Shown here: positions 25,939-38,903 of the stretch, piece by piece
How the letters are laid out: each line of letters opens with the position of its first letter
Numbering within the stretch: the first letter of the stretch is position 1
From: Eledone cirrhosa
Taxonomy: Eukaryota
NCBI GenBank assembly: GCA_964016885.1
Contig: OZ024742.1
Location: forward strand, 232,066,001 to 232,130,000
Direction: 5' to 3'
Length of the DNA: 64,000 nt
The notes under the pieces: model-generated
Seen by the model: only the letters and a program-made list of their open reading frames with translations
What the model was told of the DNA's origin: nothing
The model's database searches: none
Translations under genes and position numbers: made by a program

Positions 25939-27741
25939 CTATATATATATGCGTGTTTGAGTGTGTATCTACAAACGATCAGACGTATGCATATGTAATA
26001 TTTACATAGTATATTATAAATAAAATCATTAACTATGATGTCTAACGTTTTTTGTTTAATTTTACTTCCATTTACACTTGTATAAACTAAATAGGCTCCA
26101 GTGGTCAGCGGAGGAGCCCTTACAGTAACCTAATCTCCCTCAAATCAGATTACGATCTTTAAAAAAAATGGAAGGGTATTTGTAGCTATAGTTAAGCTAT
26201 GTATTGAAAAAAAAAAATCACATTGGTGACGGCTGCAATGCTTTTAAAGATACGTTTGCTGAATTATGGCTGACTTGAGACTAAATAACAACAAACATAA
26301 GTTGAAGAGAAATACCTAGTTCGTTCTACATTCTAAATAAACATGGGTCACGAGCATACAACTACTTGAAAGGACCACAATTTGTATGCATCTCTCCCTC
26401 TCCTCTTTCGATACGAGTCAGTGTTTTAACAACTGACACCTGAACTAATTTGTTAGAAATAGCAGTAAAATCTCCCCCAAATCGCGTGGCCAAATTTCAT
26501 CGTAATGTTTGGCACTGCTGACTTGTCTCACTTTCTTCTGTGTTCCAATGTCTATGGCACTATATTTTAATAAGACGATGAAGGTGCACGAAATACACAT
26601 ACACGCATTTATACAGAGAGAGAGAGAGCAAATTAAAAATATATATATAACTCAATTTTATGTAGAGAATTATATATTGATATTATATATATATATATAA
26701 GGTTGCACCGAAGTATCCATGTTAGCGTGCGCTAACTTTTGACAATTTGCGATTGTTGTTTAACCCTTAACCAACCACGATGAAGCAAACCTAGGACCAT
26801 TTTTTTCTTCATGCGACAGTGAAGTGAAGGAGATGTGGTTGCTATTTCTAGAAGGCCGAGCAAAGTAACAGCCTAGAAGCTGCTTCGTAAACGCGCAGCA
26901 TGGTTAATAATCATTGCTTGTCTCAATTCCTATTTAACATATATTCTGGTGTTTTAAACAAAATACTAGGGCACACAATGTTAAAGTGATACTCTCGCCC
27001 GCCCCCAACGTCAAGTTGAACATTATTTTCAACCGGATATCGTATGGTATGACAAACCGATATCTTATTTCGCTATGAATTATCATAATGAATGCAATTA
27101 AGAATAATAATGTAGATATGGAAGTAAAACATGTTCCGAACTTTAATTTTCTTTCATGCCAAATTGTTGAGTAGTTACATTGGAAATATCATGTATATTA
27201 CATAAATATAACAACACATTCTTCCTTTTTTTTAAGTAATCGGTTTGTAAATATTGATTTAGACATTCGGCGAGAAATCGCCAACAGATTTTTATTAAAG
27301 ACATGTTGAGTCTAGCAAATTTGTCGTCGGTGCAAATTAATTTGCATAAAGTGGCTTTTATCCAATTTACAATATAGAAGCAAAATGGCCATTCCAGTTT
27401 ATACCTTTCAATCATGCAGTTTATGGTGAAAATGATGGCTATCGATGAATTTTCTGGCCGATCGTAGATAGGTTACACACGGACGAGGTGTCTAAATCTC
27501 GCTTCAACTGCACACCGGGAGACATTCTCTGTAGTGGTCACACACATACATACACACACACCTGACACAGATATTAAATTCTTTTCGGTTGAATAAATAT
27601 ACCGTTTTTTAATACTATAAATAGAAAAAAAAAAAATCAATTTGTAGTTTCATATTTGGTTAAAAAAAAAAATCGCTAAAATATCTGATGGAAGCGTTGT
27701 AACATTGGACAAGAGGCAGTATCCGTACACTGGGACTACGA

Positions 27742-27774
<33 letters not shown>

Positions 27775-28354
27775 AAACTGTGTGCGTATACACGCGCGCG
27801 CTCAGAAGACGTAATAAAACGAAAAATGTAACAAGACCAGTTACAAGAAAGTACTACCATCTAAAAATAACAAAAAAAATCATTCGACATATTACAGGAA
27901 GAAAACCGGGCGAATTAAACTGAAGAGTTAGCAAATTAATGTATTACTTGAATACATAGAAAATATAATATTGAAATGAACGAAATATTTTGATACTAAT
28001 AGAATATTTTAGATAACTGGAATTGTAAAAATATATAAAATAAAAATGTACCTCGACTGCAATAGATCACACATAATATGCATTTCTAATCGATGACGAT
28101 CTCAGACAGATTTGACTTATCATTTTTGATTAATAAGGTCGTTATGTGTAAATAAAGAATACAGGTCACAGCATTAAGAACTTAAATAATATACTTTCAA
28201 TTAAAATTTAGTCGACCTCTTCCGAGGGATGCCAATATTCCAAGAAAATCTCGACATGAATCATTAAAAAAATGTGCAATTCTACGTTGGTGGTGAAATT
28301 GTTTATTTCAAGGGAGGTAACTCAGTGGTATAACTGCTCCATTCAATTATTATT

Positions 28355-28835
28355 ATCATCATCATCGTCGTCGTCGAGGTCCCTTAACGCTTTTCGGGAT
28401 CGTTTAACACTCCAGCAAATACCTCCAACTCTGGCGATAATGGGCGAGTGCTTGGATTGTGGCAAAGTTCACTCATCTATGTTGTCTGTCCACCGCTTTT
28501 TCTGACCCGCATTCTCTGTCGACCACACTGTTCTTTGGAGAATTGTCTTAGAGAGAGTGTCCGATTTTGTTACATGCCCATACCACCTTAACTTCCTCCT
28601 CTTCACCGTGGTCAGCAGATCTTCAAAGTGGCTCATGTGCTAGGTGATTCTTTCTAGGGGCTCCTCGTTCATGATGAGTTCTGTGTAGGAGATTTCCAGG
28701 ATTCTGCTATAGCATCACATCTCCACTGTTTGGATATCTTTTTGCAGTTCAGTGGTCAAGGTCCATCCATGACTTACATGCGTATAGAAAGGTGGATAGG
28801 ACCAACGCATGCAGAAGTTTTATTTTCCATCCATT
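28355..28835 (-). mobile_element. RTE-clade LINE 3' fragment with (GAT)n tail; related fragment at ~44310-44545 (+)
   Basis: Minus frame ...RILEISYTE...EDLLTTVKRRKLRWYGHVTK...KRWTDNI. Confidence 0.85.
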
Positions 28836-28950
28836 AAAATAAGATTTCGAGTCAGATTTAGTCAAGTTTAAATATTATAGTCTCAGAATGCATCACACAG
28901 TTATACGATTTCAGAGAAAGGAGTCATAACATTGAAACTGAAAAAAAAAA

Positions 28951-29427
28951 TGGAATAGGCTACGTAGTCGGCCCCGGCAAAATAGACGAACCTGTTTTTT
29001 AAGCTTATTTTACCGGTAAAACCTAAAGGGACGCAACTCTAGTCGGGATCCCGAAAGCTTATTTTGCCACTAAATAAGTAGTGTTTTAGAACCCAGGTAA
29101 TGACTACTACCTTTAATCAAGGTCGTGACTCTGCTAAAATTCTTAATTTCGAAAATATTTGACTCTGCTAAAATTCTTAAGCCATGGAACTCAGTAGATG
29201 CGTGTGTATGTAACTAAAGCGTAACGTAACGTACGTTACGAATGGAAGAAACACAAGCAGAATTATAAGATGATGACTAAATGATTTTAACTTGTTTTTT
29301 AACAATTGATGGTGGAAAAGATTACAAATTATCTTAACTCGGGCCACAACTCATGGTGTCTAACACTCTTACCGGCTAAATAGCCTGGACGTCTATTTTA
29401 CCGGGACCCGCTACATAGCCTCTTCCA
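28951..29427. mobile_element. MITE with ~35-bp imperfect TIRs, superfamily unassigned
   Basis: AGGCTACGTAGTCGGCCCCGGCAAAATAGACG versus the reverse complement of the right end, AGGCTATGTAGCGGGTCCCGGTAAAATAGACG. Confidence 0.75.
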
Positions 29428-31139
29428 AAAAATTCCAGGATGTAAGAAGGAGTTAGAGTCATTAAATGAAGTTCTGTAACAAATTGATAAAGTGTCGCAA
29501 GTTATGAGGGAACACTATATTAATGAGGTCGATAATTTCAGAGAATATGTAAACATTTGAACAGCTCTCTATTCTAATGATTCCGAGATCTATTTCTGAA
29601 GTTTTAAACATTTATTCGGAAGAGTGACAGTGCCTATAAGCTATGGCAGTTCTATCTGGCTGGTGAGGTTCATATTCAGCTCAAATGATCTGAACATAAA
29701 TATCAATAGGGAGAAAACATGGACAGAGACAACAGGAAGGATGGTATGAGGTGAGAGGAACAGAGTGGGCTTCAACCAAAGTGACATGCAGCTTGCTGGT
29801 TCAGAAGAATAGAGGATGTAAAGAGCATGAGGAAACCTCTACATGGTCACTTAACCTGCTAGAAATAGCAACCAAATTTCTTTGGACAATAGAGTCCTAC
29901 GTATACAAAAAGACGACTATGCTGCTTCTAAAAATAATAATTTCTAACAAAGTTAAAAAATTTCTAATTAAAATACACCTTATTTCAATTAAATTAATGA
30001 AGAATTGTGAGGGACTTACTAAAATTATTATTTCATACATGTTCACTTTTCTGACATTTGTACATTATTCTATGTACTATACATGCACCTTTGATGAGCA
30101 CTGTACACAATAATTTCATTATTATTATTATTATTACTACTAAGATAGTAACTTATATCAACCCATTACTTTATTTATCAATTCAAAGATGATAAAAGAG
30201 AAAATCAACAACAGTAGAATCTGAACTCGAAACATAAAAGGAAATAATTAAATGGTTTCCATGCACATGCCTATCAGCAGTACAGCCTATAAAACCTGGA
30301 AGAAATTTATCCCAAATTGGGTGGCATTACTCATAAATGTAAAACATACAAGACAACCAGGAAAAAAGGAAAATATACTGTCATGCATTATACAGTCTAC
30401 AAGCTTTTTCTGTTCAGATTTAAGTCAAAACTTTTCATCATAATTTCATGTAAGAACCTTTGTTAAACATCAACTTAATATTGAAAAAATTAGTTATTAG
30501 ACTAAATCCCTCCAAATTCTTGATTAATTCAAAATTATTTGAAAGCTATAGGCAGTGACTTTCATTAAAAATATGGTAACAAAAGGGTTAATGATCTTTT
30601 TTCTATTACAAAGATGATATTGCCCTTAACAGCCCCCAAAACAAAAACAAACAAAAGAACAATCATTACATATATCAAGGAATAATTTTTTTCACAATAC
30701 AGCAAAAAGCTTCCAATTCACTACAAATGCTAGGTTCCACTGTCTCTGACATTCTTCATGGTGACAACACATTGTTAACACTATAGATACAGTCAAATGG
30801 TTAAGAAATTTACGCAATTATTAGGTCCTGGATTTGACGCTACTTCATGGCATTTTGGTCAAGTGTCAATTACCATAGTATCAGGTTGACCCATACCTTG
30901 TGAGTGAAATTTGGTTGACGGGGACGGAAATTGTATAGAAGACCATAAGATTGTCTGTACTAGTAATTCATAGAGCCAGTCTCATCGCACAATGTGTCAC
31001 ACTGAATCTCCCTGAGAATTACATTAAGGGTAAATGCATTGCTAGAATACTCAGCCACTTACATGCTAATTCCATTGATCAACCAACTGGAACACTAGTC
31101 AATTGAAACCAACAGAAGTCCATTCATGTTCATTTGTGC

Positions 31140-31470
31140 ATCCTTAAAGGCATCTATAGAGTTAACAATGTCGAAGTGTTGTCACCAGGTTTAGCAAATA
31201 CTCTAGCCCTGTTTATTTGCTAACAAAAGTGCAGTAAACTAGTCTAGTATTCCTCACATATGTGCTGTTGCTGCTGTAGTCGCCCTTCCTTGTCTGACTA
31301 GTAAAGATGCACTCACCATTACAACCACTAGACCCACACACACTTGTCTCTGCTATTATAATGGCTTATGCTCCTCTGAACTAGCAAGTTATATATCACA
31401 TCTGCTTAAACCTACTTGATGAACCCATCTCATCACTAATAATTTGTCCTGCTCAATCAACACCATATCC
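31140..31470 (+). mobile_element. Jockey/CR1-like LINE C-terminal remnant
   Basis: Peptide CYYNGLCSSELAS resembles the recalled FYRYYxGxCSxEL motif; heavily decayed. Confidence 0.4.
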
Positions 31471-31762
31471 AGACCCCCAGACTTCTGCAACTCTCTAGAC
31501 CCACAATCCCCTACAACTCTCTAAACCCACAGTCTTCTACAACTCTCTAAACCCAGAGGCCCCCACAACTCTGTCGACCCATAATCTTCTATAGATGCAT
31601 CATTAGATGCATACTTCATACTGCCCTCGTGTGAGATGTATGGGAGGGTGAAGTGGTGCATAGTGTATATATGCTTCAGCTTCTGCCTGTGCCTGTGCGG
31701 AGTAGGGTCTTCTGTATCACTGCATAACAGCAAAAAAAAGGATGTAAATAAATAATACTTAC

Positions 31763-31951
31763 TCTGAAAATTCGCATTCATTTCTGTGACCATTTACATT
31801 TTGGCGAATATCAATAGGCTGTGATTTTGGTACATAACCATTAACTACTGGATTAGAAATCTGTTGGTCAATATCTAAGGTACATTCATAAAATGGACCT
31901 TGTTGACCATCTACTTCATTGGTGCTAATATTTTCAGGAGCATTACCAATT
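31763..31951 (-). CDS. ATG13: ATG13 coding exon 3 (disordered region), 189 nt
   Basis: T-tract then CTCAG|A acceptor and GA|GTAAGT donor. Open frame IGNAPENIS...SQPIDIRQNVNGHRNECEFS. Phase 2-2 bridges exons 2 and 4 exactly. Sequence homology is weak, so the call rests on splice signals and phase. Confidence 0.8.
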
Positions 31952-32178
31952 CTGAGTTTGAAAAAAAAATAAATAGAAAACATTAAGATAGAATAGATTG
32001 ATAATTGAATGAAATATAATGAGTTGATAAACAAAGAAAAAATATTAGCTTGAAGAAAGAAAAATATATACTATAAGAGCACCTCAAAGAAACCTGCAAT
32101 TAAATTCAACTATGAAATTATTCATGGAAAACAGTTGATAGCAAAGAAACACATTAAAAAAATTTGGTTGAACTAGAC

Positions 32179-32463
32179 CAGAGGTTCTCAAACTTTTGGG
32201 GCCACCCCCACCCCCTCATGGCCACATAATACCCTCAGTGAACCCCCAACCCTATTTCCAGGCAGACCTGCCTACACACAAATTGTAAATATATAAATAA
32301 AATCATTAATTCATATATAATAAATAATATAATATATACTATGTATATATAAATATGTTTTTTTATTTTACTATATTTATATATGTATCATTTGATATTT
32401 AATATACTATTATATCATCTCTACCACCCACTTAGGCCCCAGTGCCCACTTTGAGAACCTCTA
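32179..32463. mobile_element. hAT-superfamily MITE
   Basis: TIRs CAGAGGTTCTCAAA / TTTGAGAACCTCTA; 8-bp TSD AACTAGAC / AACTTGAC. Confidence 0.85.
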
Positions 32464-33944
32464 AACTTGACAATTGGAATACAATAAGATTTTTTTTTAT
32501 TTCTTAAAGCAGATGGATGAGAGTTTTAAGTAGTTGTAATATTACAAAGTACAAGATGTCATGATATCAGAGAGGGAGAAATATAGAGTTGTACTGATAC
32601 TGTTATTCATTGAGAGAAAATAAATTTCATTAGTCTTCAATGAGACAGAAGAAAAGTGTATCTGGAGCATTGTCTCAGTGGATCACATGATGCTGTCTGA
32701 GTAGCTAATGCCAACTGAATGAGGGTTGATTGAGGATATACATCCCTTAACTTTGTCAAAGGCCTTCTAACAGTGATTTTTGAAGAGCACATACACCCCA
32801 TGAACAGTAAAGACTAAAGATCATAGACATATTAAATATTTATTTCATTTGGGGGATATAAAATTAGCAACAGAATTAATAATGCTTAGTTTCTAACTAA
32901 CCATTTTTTGAAAATAAAAATGTTTTCTTTCACAAAATTAATGCAAGCATTGTTTATGTAGCTCAATCATGAAGTCCTCTGAGACTGGTGAGATTGATGT
33001 AGTTGGTGTTCAACTTCAACAACTATAAGTTGGTGTTGCAAGATAAACAAGAGAAAGTTACAGAGGGTGATACTCTGGAGGGTGGTATACAGCAGATGAG
33101 GGTGAAGCAGTGGGTGTGATGGAAAGAGGAAAGACAAGGCCTGGCTGGAGGTTGTATACAACTGACTAATCCAGATGAGCAGTGGCTGTTGTAGTTGCAA
33201 TAAAAGCCAGAATGAGGAGACAATATGCTTACAAGATAGAGATTGTAGTAGTTTCATAGTGTGCTCTCGTATTCTTATCTTTATCGCAATAGTTTTAATA
33301 TAGAAACATATAGCATTATGTTCTATATAAAAGAAAGAAACCCATTCTAACCATAACACCATTGACCTAACATTCTCATATATAACATCTCTAAAGTCAT
33401 GGAAACAATCACAATCCCTTTCTCTTCTCAACGCTAACTGCATAAATTCCTTAGCGCCATCCTTTGATGGTTCGGCTGAATACTGACATTAACAAAAAAA
33501 AACCTTCCAGTATCTGATATATTATATATCCAAAGCCAAAAATTAATAAATATTCATCTTTGCCTATCACTAACAATACTGGATTAGAATATGTATTAGC
33601 ATGTGCTGATGTGAGTACTCTCCAAAACCCATTATCAAGTACCTTATATTTTCCATTCTCTGCATTAATGACAATGGAAAAATTAGTAGGTAATGCTACA
33701 CAACACATATTCCCCTCTCGACAATTAGGTTTCATCTGAATGCAACCATAACACAGCTAATTAGCAATGCACATCCATCATGTGCTAACAAGGAAGCACC
33801 TACATAATTACTTTCAACTTGCTAGGAATAGCAGCTAAATCACACTAAAACCATTCCACACTCCTACTGTTTTTAAAAAGGCAAAGACAAAGAAAATATA
33901 TTTTGTAGATATACAAAGAGATAAGATGATAATGAACATCATCA

Positions 33945-34180
33945 TCAATATCATCATTTAACGTCCATCTTCCACGCTAGCATGGGCAGGACGAGTTGAC
34001 CCTTAGGGAGAGAATCAGGTCAGATGACCATATTTAGCTCACCCGGGGCAGATTTTGGCTTGGTTTCTACAGCTGGATTCCCTTCCTAACACCAACCACA
34101 TTTACAGTGTGTGCTGGGTGCCTTTTGTCATGTCACCTACATGACCACTTTACAGTGTGGACTGGGTACTTTTGTCTTGG
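33945..34180 (-). mobile_element. (GAT)n-tailed SINE; older copies at ~13230-13585, 23105-23310, 37590-37845, 38135-38365, 40395-40680, 49635-49860
   Basis: Shared core GGTTGGTGTTAGGAAGGGCATCCAGCTGTAGAAA and tail CATGCTAGCGTGGAAGATGGACGTTAAATGATG. Confidence 0.8.
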
Positions 34181-36404
34181 GACTAGGGAGGGAGGAGTAG
34201 AACCTTGGGGAAATTGGGGATGTAGGTAATAGAGGAGGGATGGTTACCGCAAAGGGAGGTGTATGGGAGGGAAGAAGGTAGGGGAAGGTGTTGCCTATTA
34301 GATATATGCCTTAGCTCAAGCATATGGGAGGGCGGGTCTTCTGTAGTAGTGCATAGTGCCAGAGGTTGCGGTCCTGTGTCATTGCCTTGGTGAGATGTAA
34401 TTATGCAAGGTCAGCTTTTATTACCTCATCCCATTTTAAAGGCATGCTCAAGCAGGGCTGACTTAATGTTACAAAACAAAATTTAAAACCTTGGTTCCCT
34501 GTTGCGGAACGTTTCCAAGATAATCAACAATCTGCCTCATTTAACAGCACCAAAACACACAGAGAAAGTATTCTCAGTAGTACATACATATTATTTGTTA
34601 ACAACATAACTACAAATCATCAAACCCCTGTTTAGGAGGGCCTGACAGAGAGACAAATCATTTCCACCTCAGACCAAACAATAAAAAATAAGAACATAAA
34701 ACAAAGTCTTTAAACATATGAACAACCAACAGAGAAGGAAAACAATGAATGCACTATTTACTCAATGAACTAAACAAAAACAAAGAAATATTAAGAGCAA
34801 ATAGCTGGTAGATGGGGAAAGATATAAGGCTGGGAAATCTGGTATGAAATAATTAAATCAGATCTTAAAATCTTCTCTTTAACAATCTGTAATGATTTAG
34901 CAGAAAATACCTAAAGCCAGGTTTGTTAATTCAAATATTTATAGTATCTATCTATACTAGTAGACAGATTGTTGTGAAAATTTGCAATATTAGAATAAAT
35001 ACTATCATTTTTAATAAAATGAAGTCAGTGCAGTTTTGCACTTTTCAAGAATGCAGTTTCATGCAGTACAGAACATGAAGAGTTAATAAGTGAAATATTT
35101 AAAACAGACATAAATGAATTGCAGTAGATGATTTACTTCCATAAAAGCCACAAGAAATTTAAAATGCATAAACAAACATTAAAAAAAACATCTTAGAAAA
35201 GCTCTCTTCTCAAAACTACTTCATAACTGATGGAATCCAAGATTAAATATCATTTAGAATTCTTATATACAGTAAATGAAGAGAATATTATAAACGTAAA
35301 TTTCATTTGGAAAGAAATAACTTTATTATGTTGACAGAGAATGATCTGCAGACCTACCCAACTCACACAGACATAGAAAATTAGCACTAACCCATTTATG
35401 ACTATTTCTAATGGAATACACTTCATTTCAATTAATTAGTAAGGAATTTTGAAGGAATTACTAAAATTATTCATTATTTCATTACTAAGATTGATTATTA
35501 TTGATTATTTCATTACTTAACATAAGGGTCTTATACAAAATTATGTTGGAAGATTTTAACATAAATAAGAACCCTTTAAAATAGATGGTTTTGCTTCAGA
35601 GAACCAAAGACAGTTTTGGCGGGATTTGTATCAAAAGGGTTAGTAACAAAGCCAATGAGGTAACTACCATGTAGTCACTCAACATATTAGAAATAGCAGT
35701 CAAATCTCTACAAATTACATCCTACTATCTTACAAAAGGGAAAACACATCACGTAGTCCTAAATGTGCTTTGTTTGAATGAAAAATATAAGAAGAGATGG
35801 TCAACCTTTAATCATATACCTGTTGTCTGGATTGCTTCCAACTTGCTAGAAATAGCAGCTAAACCACACTTGAGGCCAGCCCTGAAGCCTAATTGTTATT
35901 AAATCTAAACTAGTAATTGTAGTAGCAGTTTGCTTATAGAGTATTTAGAAAAATGCATGAAAAATATTATCATTACTTTGAAAATTGAAGACAGATTTGC
36001 ATGTAAAATTTAAATTACAAAACAAAGTTGATCTCTAAAACTAATATAATTATATTAACTTAGTTTAATTCGTTTAGCCATAATTAACTTAGTTTATTTC
36101 CAAAATATACTCTTCTAAAGAAAGTATATGATGAAGATGAACTAGAGAGAGATATTAGGGTGGTTAACCTTTTTGATACCAAACTGCCTGAAAACACCTT
36201 TATGTTTTTATTTATTTTTAAGTTTATATTTATCCAAAAATCTTATCTCATAATTTATGTGAGAACCTTTATTAAATTACGTTTCAAGCACCAGCTTAAC
36301 TATTAGAAAGTGAGTTATATTACTAAATCACTCCAAATCCTTAAAAATAATTTGAAAACCACCACCAATGCCTTTCATTAGAAATATGGTAACAAAAGGG
36401 TTAA

Positions 36405-36890
36405 TTTTTCATCTTGTGTTTCCACCAGTTTATGAGAAGTGATGTATAGGCGCCATCATAACGTCTGTGTTGCTAGGCTGAGAGTATCCAAGTCACTACC
36501 ATAGAGTAGTATTGGCTGGATTGTGACTTGAAAGAGCCTGACTTTGAAGGAGTGCCAAATACAGTCTAACTTGTTGCAAGCTGACCATGCTTGGGCTTTT
36601 CTGATAGTAAAGTCCTTCCCAGAATCCATGACCCGAGGTACTTAAAGTCTTCAACCTTTTTGATAGTACTGCCATCTTCAGCTTTGAGGATGAATTCAGA
36701 TGAAGAGTTAGAAATATATTCTATCTTGCTTTCATTAAGGTGAAGGCAAATGAGGGCAGCTGCTTCATGAAGTGAAATAAGGAGATGTCGAGAATTCTCC
36801 ATGCAGTCTGCTAGAAGAGAAATATCATCAGCAAAGTAGAGATCTGTGAGGTGAGAGGAAGGGGGTTCTGGAACTCCTTCAAGGATAAGA
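36405..36890 (-). mobile_element. RTE-like LINE RT fragment
   Basis: HLTDLYFADDISLL...LHLNESKIEY...VEDFKYLGSWI. Confidence 0.85.
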
Positions 36891-38584
36891 TCTAATTAAC
36901 CGTGTATGCATGAAAAGTGAATGTAAAAACAGATGATGGGTGTGAACAATATTTAATATCTACATTTCAGTCTTTCTTACCTCTAATGTTCATACCTAGC
37001 TTCCCTGCCACTAAATATTTTGATACTATCTACCACTCTTCCTGTCTTTGTTAATCTCTCCAATCATTCTCTCTGTCTCCCCTCTATTACTCCTTCTTTC
37101 AACATAGTAAGAGTGAGTGATAGAAGATAGACTATCTCTTCCTCACTGCTTTCCCTCTGGCCCTCTTCTACTACTTCTTTCTCTTCCATTACCCTCTCTT
37201 CTATTACACTCACTGACTCTCAGCTATCATTCTATCACCCTCTCATTCCTATCATTCTGGTTGTTTCCTATTTGTTTCCCACTTTCTCTCACCATATCAC
37301 TTGTGTGACAAAAGACAGCAATGTACTGGTGACAAAATAGAAATGGCTTCTTTCTGTAAACTCAGTTGTGTGCGAAGGGACAGGGCCTCCAAGAGAAATT
37401 TTACAAGGCGGTATAAGTAAGACTCCTTTGGGGCCCAAAGCAGGCAAAGATTTTTCTCAAAATGGATGTTGCATCGTTGCTATAGGGCCTGCTTAGCTCT
37501 TGGACCCCCCTCTCATATGCACTGGGAATAGAATAAACAGACAGAAACAATACAGAGAAGAGTACACTCTCTTTAGTCTTGCTAGGAAACAAACAACACC
37601 TCTTGTGCCGGTGTCACAAAAAAATACACCCAGTATGCTCTGTAATGTGGTCAGTGATACGAAAAAAATCCAGCCATAGAAACCATGCCAAAAATGAAAC
37701 ATACAAGCAAAGATGATCTCTGACTTGTCTAGAAGGGCAGTAACTCTGAATAAGAATTAACTTGGACAATGATAATTTATCCAAACCATGCCAGCATGAA
37801 AACGTGAATGTAAAATGTGCAAAATGATTATGATGATGATGATGATCATCATCATCAAGAACTATATTATCCTGTGTATTCTGATTTTAAGATGGTAGGG
37901 TATAATTTGAAAGAGATTTGGTTGCCATTTCTAGTAGGTCAGACCAAATATACAGAGGTTTTCATAGTTGTTATCGTTGTTGTTTAGCCCCAAGCCAACT
38001 AAAATTGAACAGACCTATAATCAAAGATATTCCAATCTTGAACATTGTCTTTTTATTAATATTTACATTACAAAAACAGTGAGATATGGTTTGAGAGAGA
38101 TTTGGCTCTATTGCTAGCACATAGAGGCTCCATTCATCATCATCATCATCATCATCATTTCATTTCATGTCCGCTTTTCCCTGCTTGCAAAGGTGGGACG
38201 GGAACTGATTCTGGCTTGATTTCTACAGCTGGATGCCCTTCCTAATACCAACATCATTCTACAGTGAGTGCTGGGTGCTTTTTTTCTGTGGCGCCTACAC
38301 ATCCACTTTACAGTGTGGGCTGGGTGCTTTTTTGCCGTGGCACCTGCAAGACCACTTTGCAGTGGAATGATAGGGACCCCTGTCCCTATCATCTCATTTC
38401 TACAGCTGAGTGAACTGGAGCAATGTGAAATAAAGTGTCTTGTTCAAGGAAACAACACATCACCCAGTCTGAGAATTGAATTCACAACCTTTCGATTGCA
38501 AGGCCAATGCTCTAACCACTAAGCCATGTGCTCCATTATAATATAGAAATGAGTTATGGGAGTAATGTTTATTGGAGCTGATAA

Positions 38585-38903
38585 TAATTGTTTCTACTTT
38601 TGGCACAAAGCCAGCAATTACCCCAGTGCATTACTGGTACTTTATTTTATCGACCCCATAAGGATGAAAGGCAAAGTTAACCTCAACGGGATTTGAACTC
38701 AGAATGTAAAGAGCCATAACTGTGTTGCAAAGCATGGTGTCTGACCCTCTAACGATACTGCCAATCCACCGCCCTAGTTGATAATAAATATTGTTTCTAC
38801 TTTAGGCACAAGGCCTGCAATTATCCCAGTGCATTACTGATACTTTATTTTATCGACCTTGAGCAAAGCTAACCTTGTCTGACACTCTACCGATACTGCC
38901 AAT
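38585..38903 (-). mobile_element. Two adjacent Meta-like SINE copies (second internally deleted)
   Basis: Family sequence TTGTTTCTACTTT-GGCACAA...TTTATTTTATCGACC occurs twice. Confidence 0.85.

Noticed and set aside
32967-33443. 158-aa and overlapping ORFs as an extra ATG13 exon
   Set aside because: No pyrimidine-rich phase-2 acceptor. TFSCLSCN looks more like a decayed Penelope GIY-YIG region (tentative).
33451-33735. 94-aa ORF after a TTCAG acceptor
   Set aside because: In phase 2 it gives an immediate stop, and it has no ATG13 similarity.
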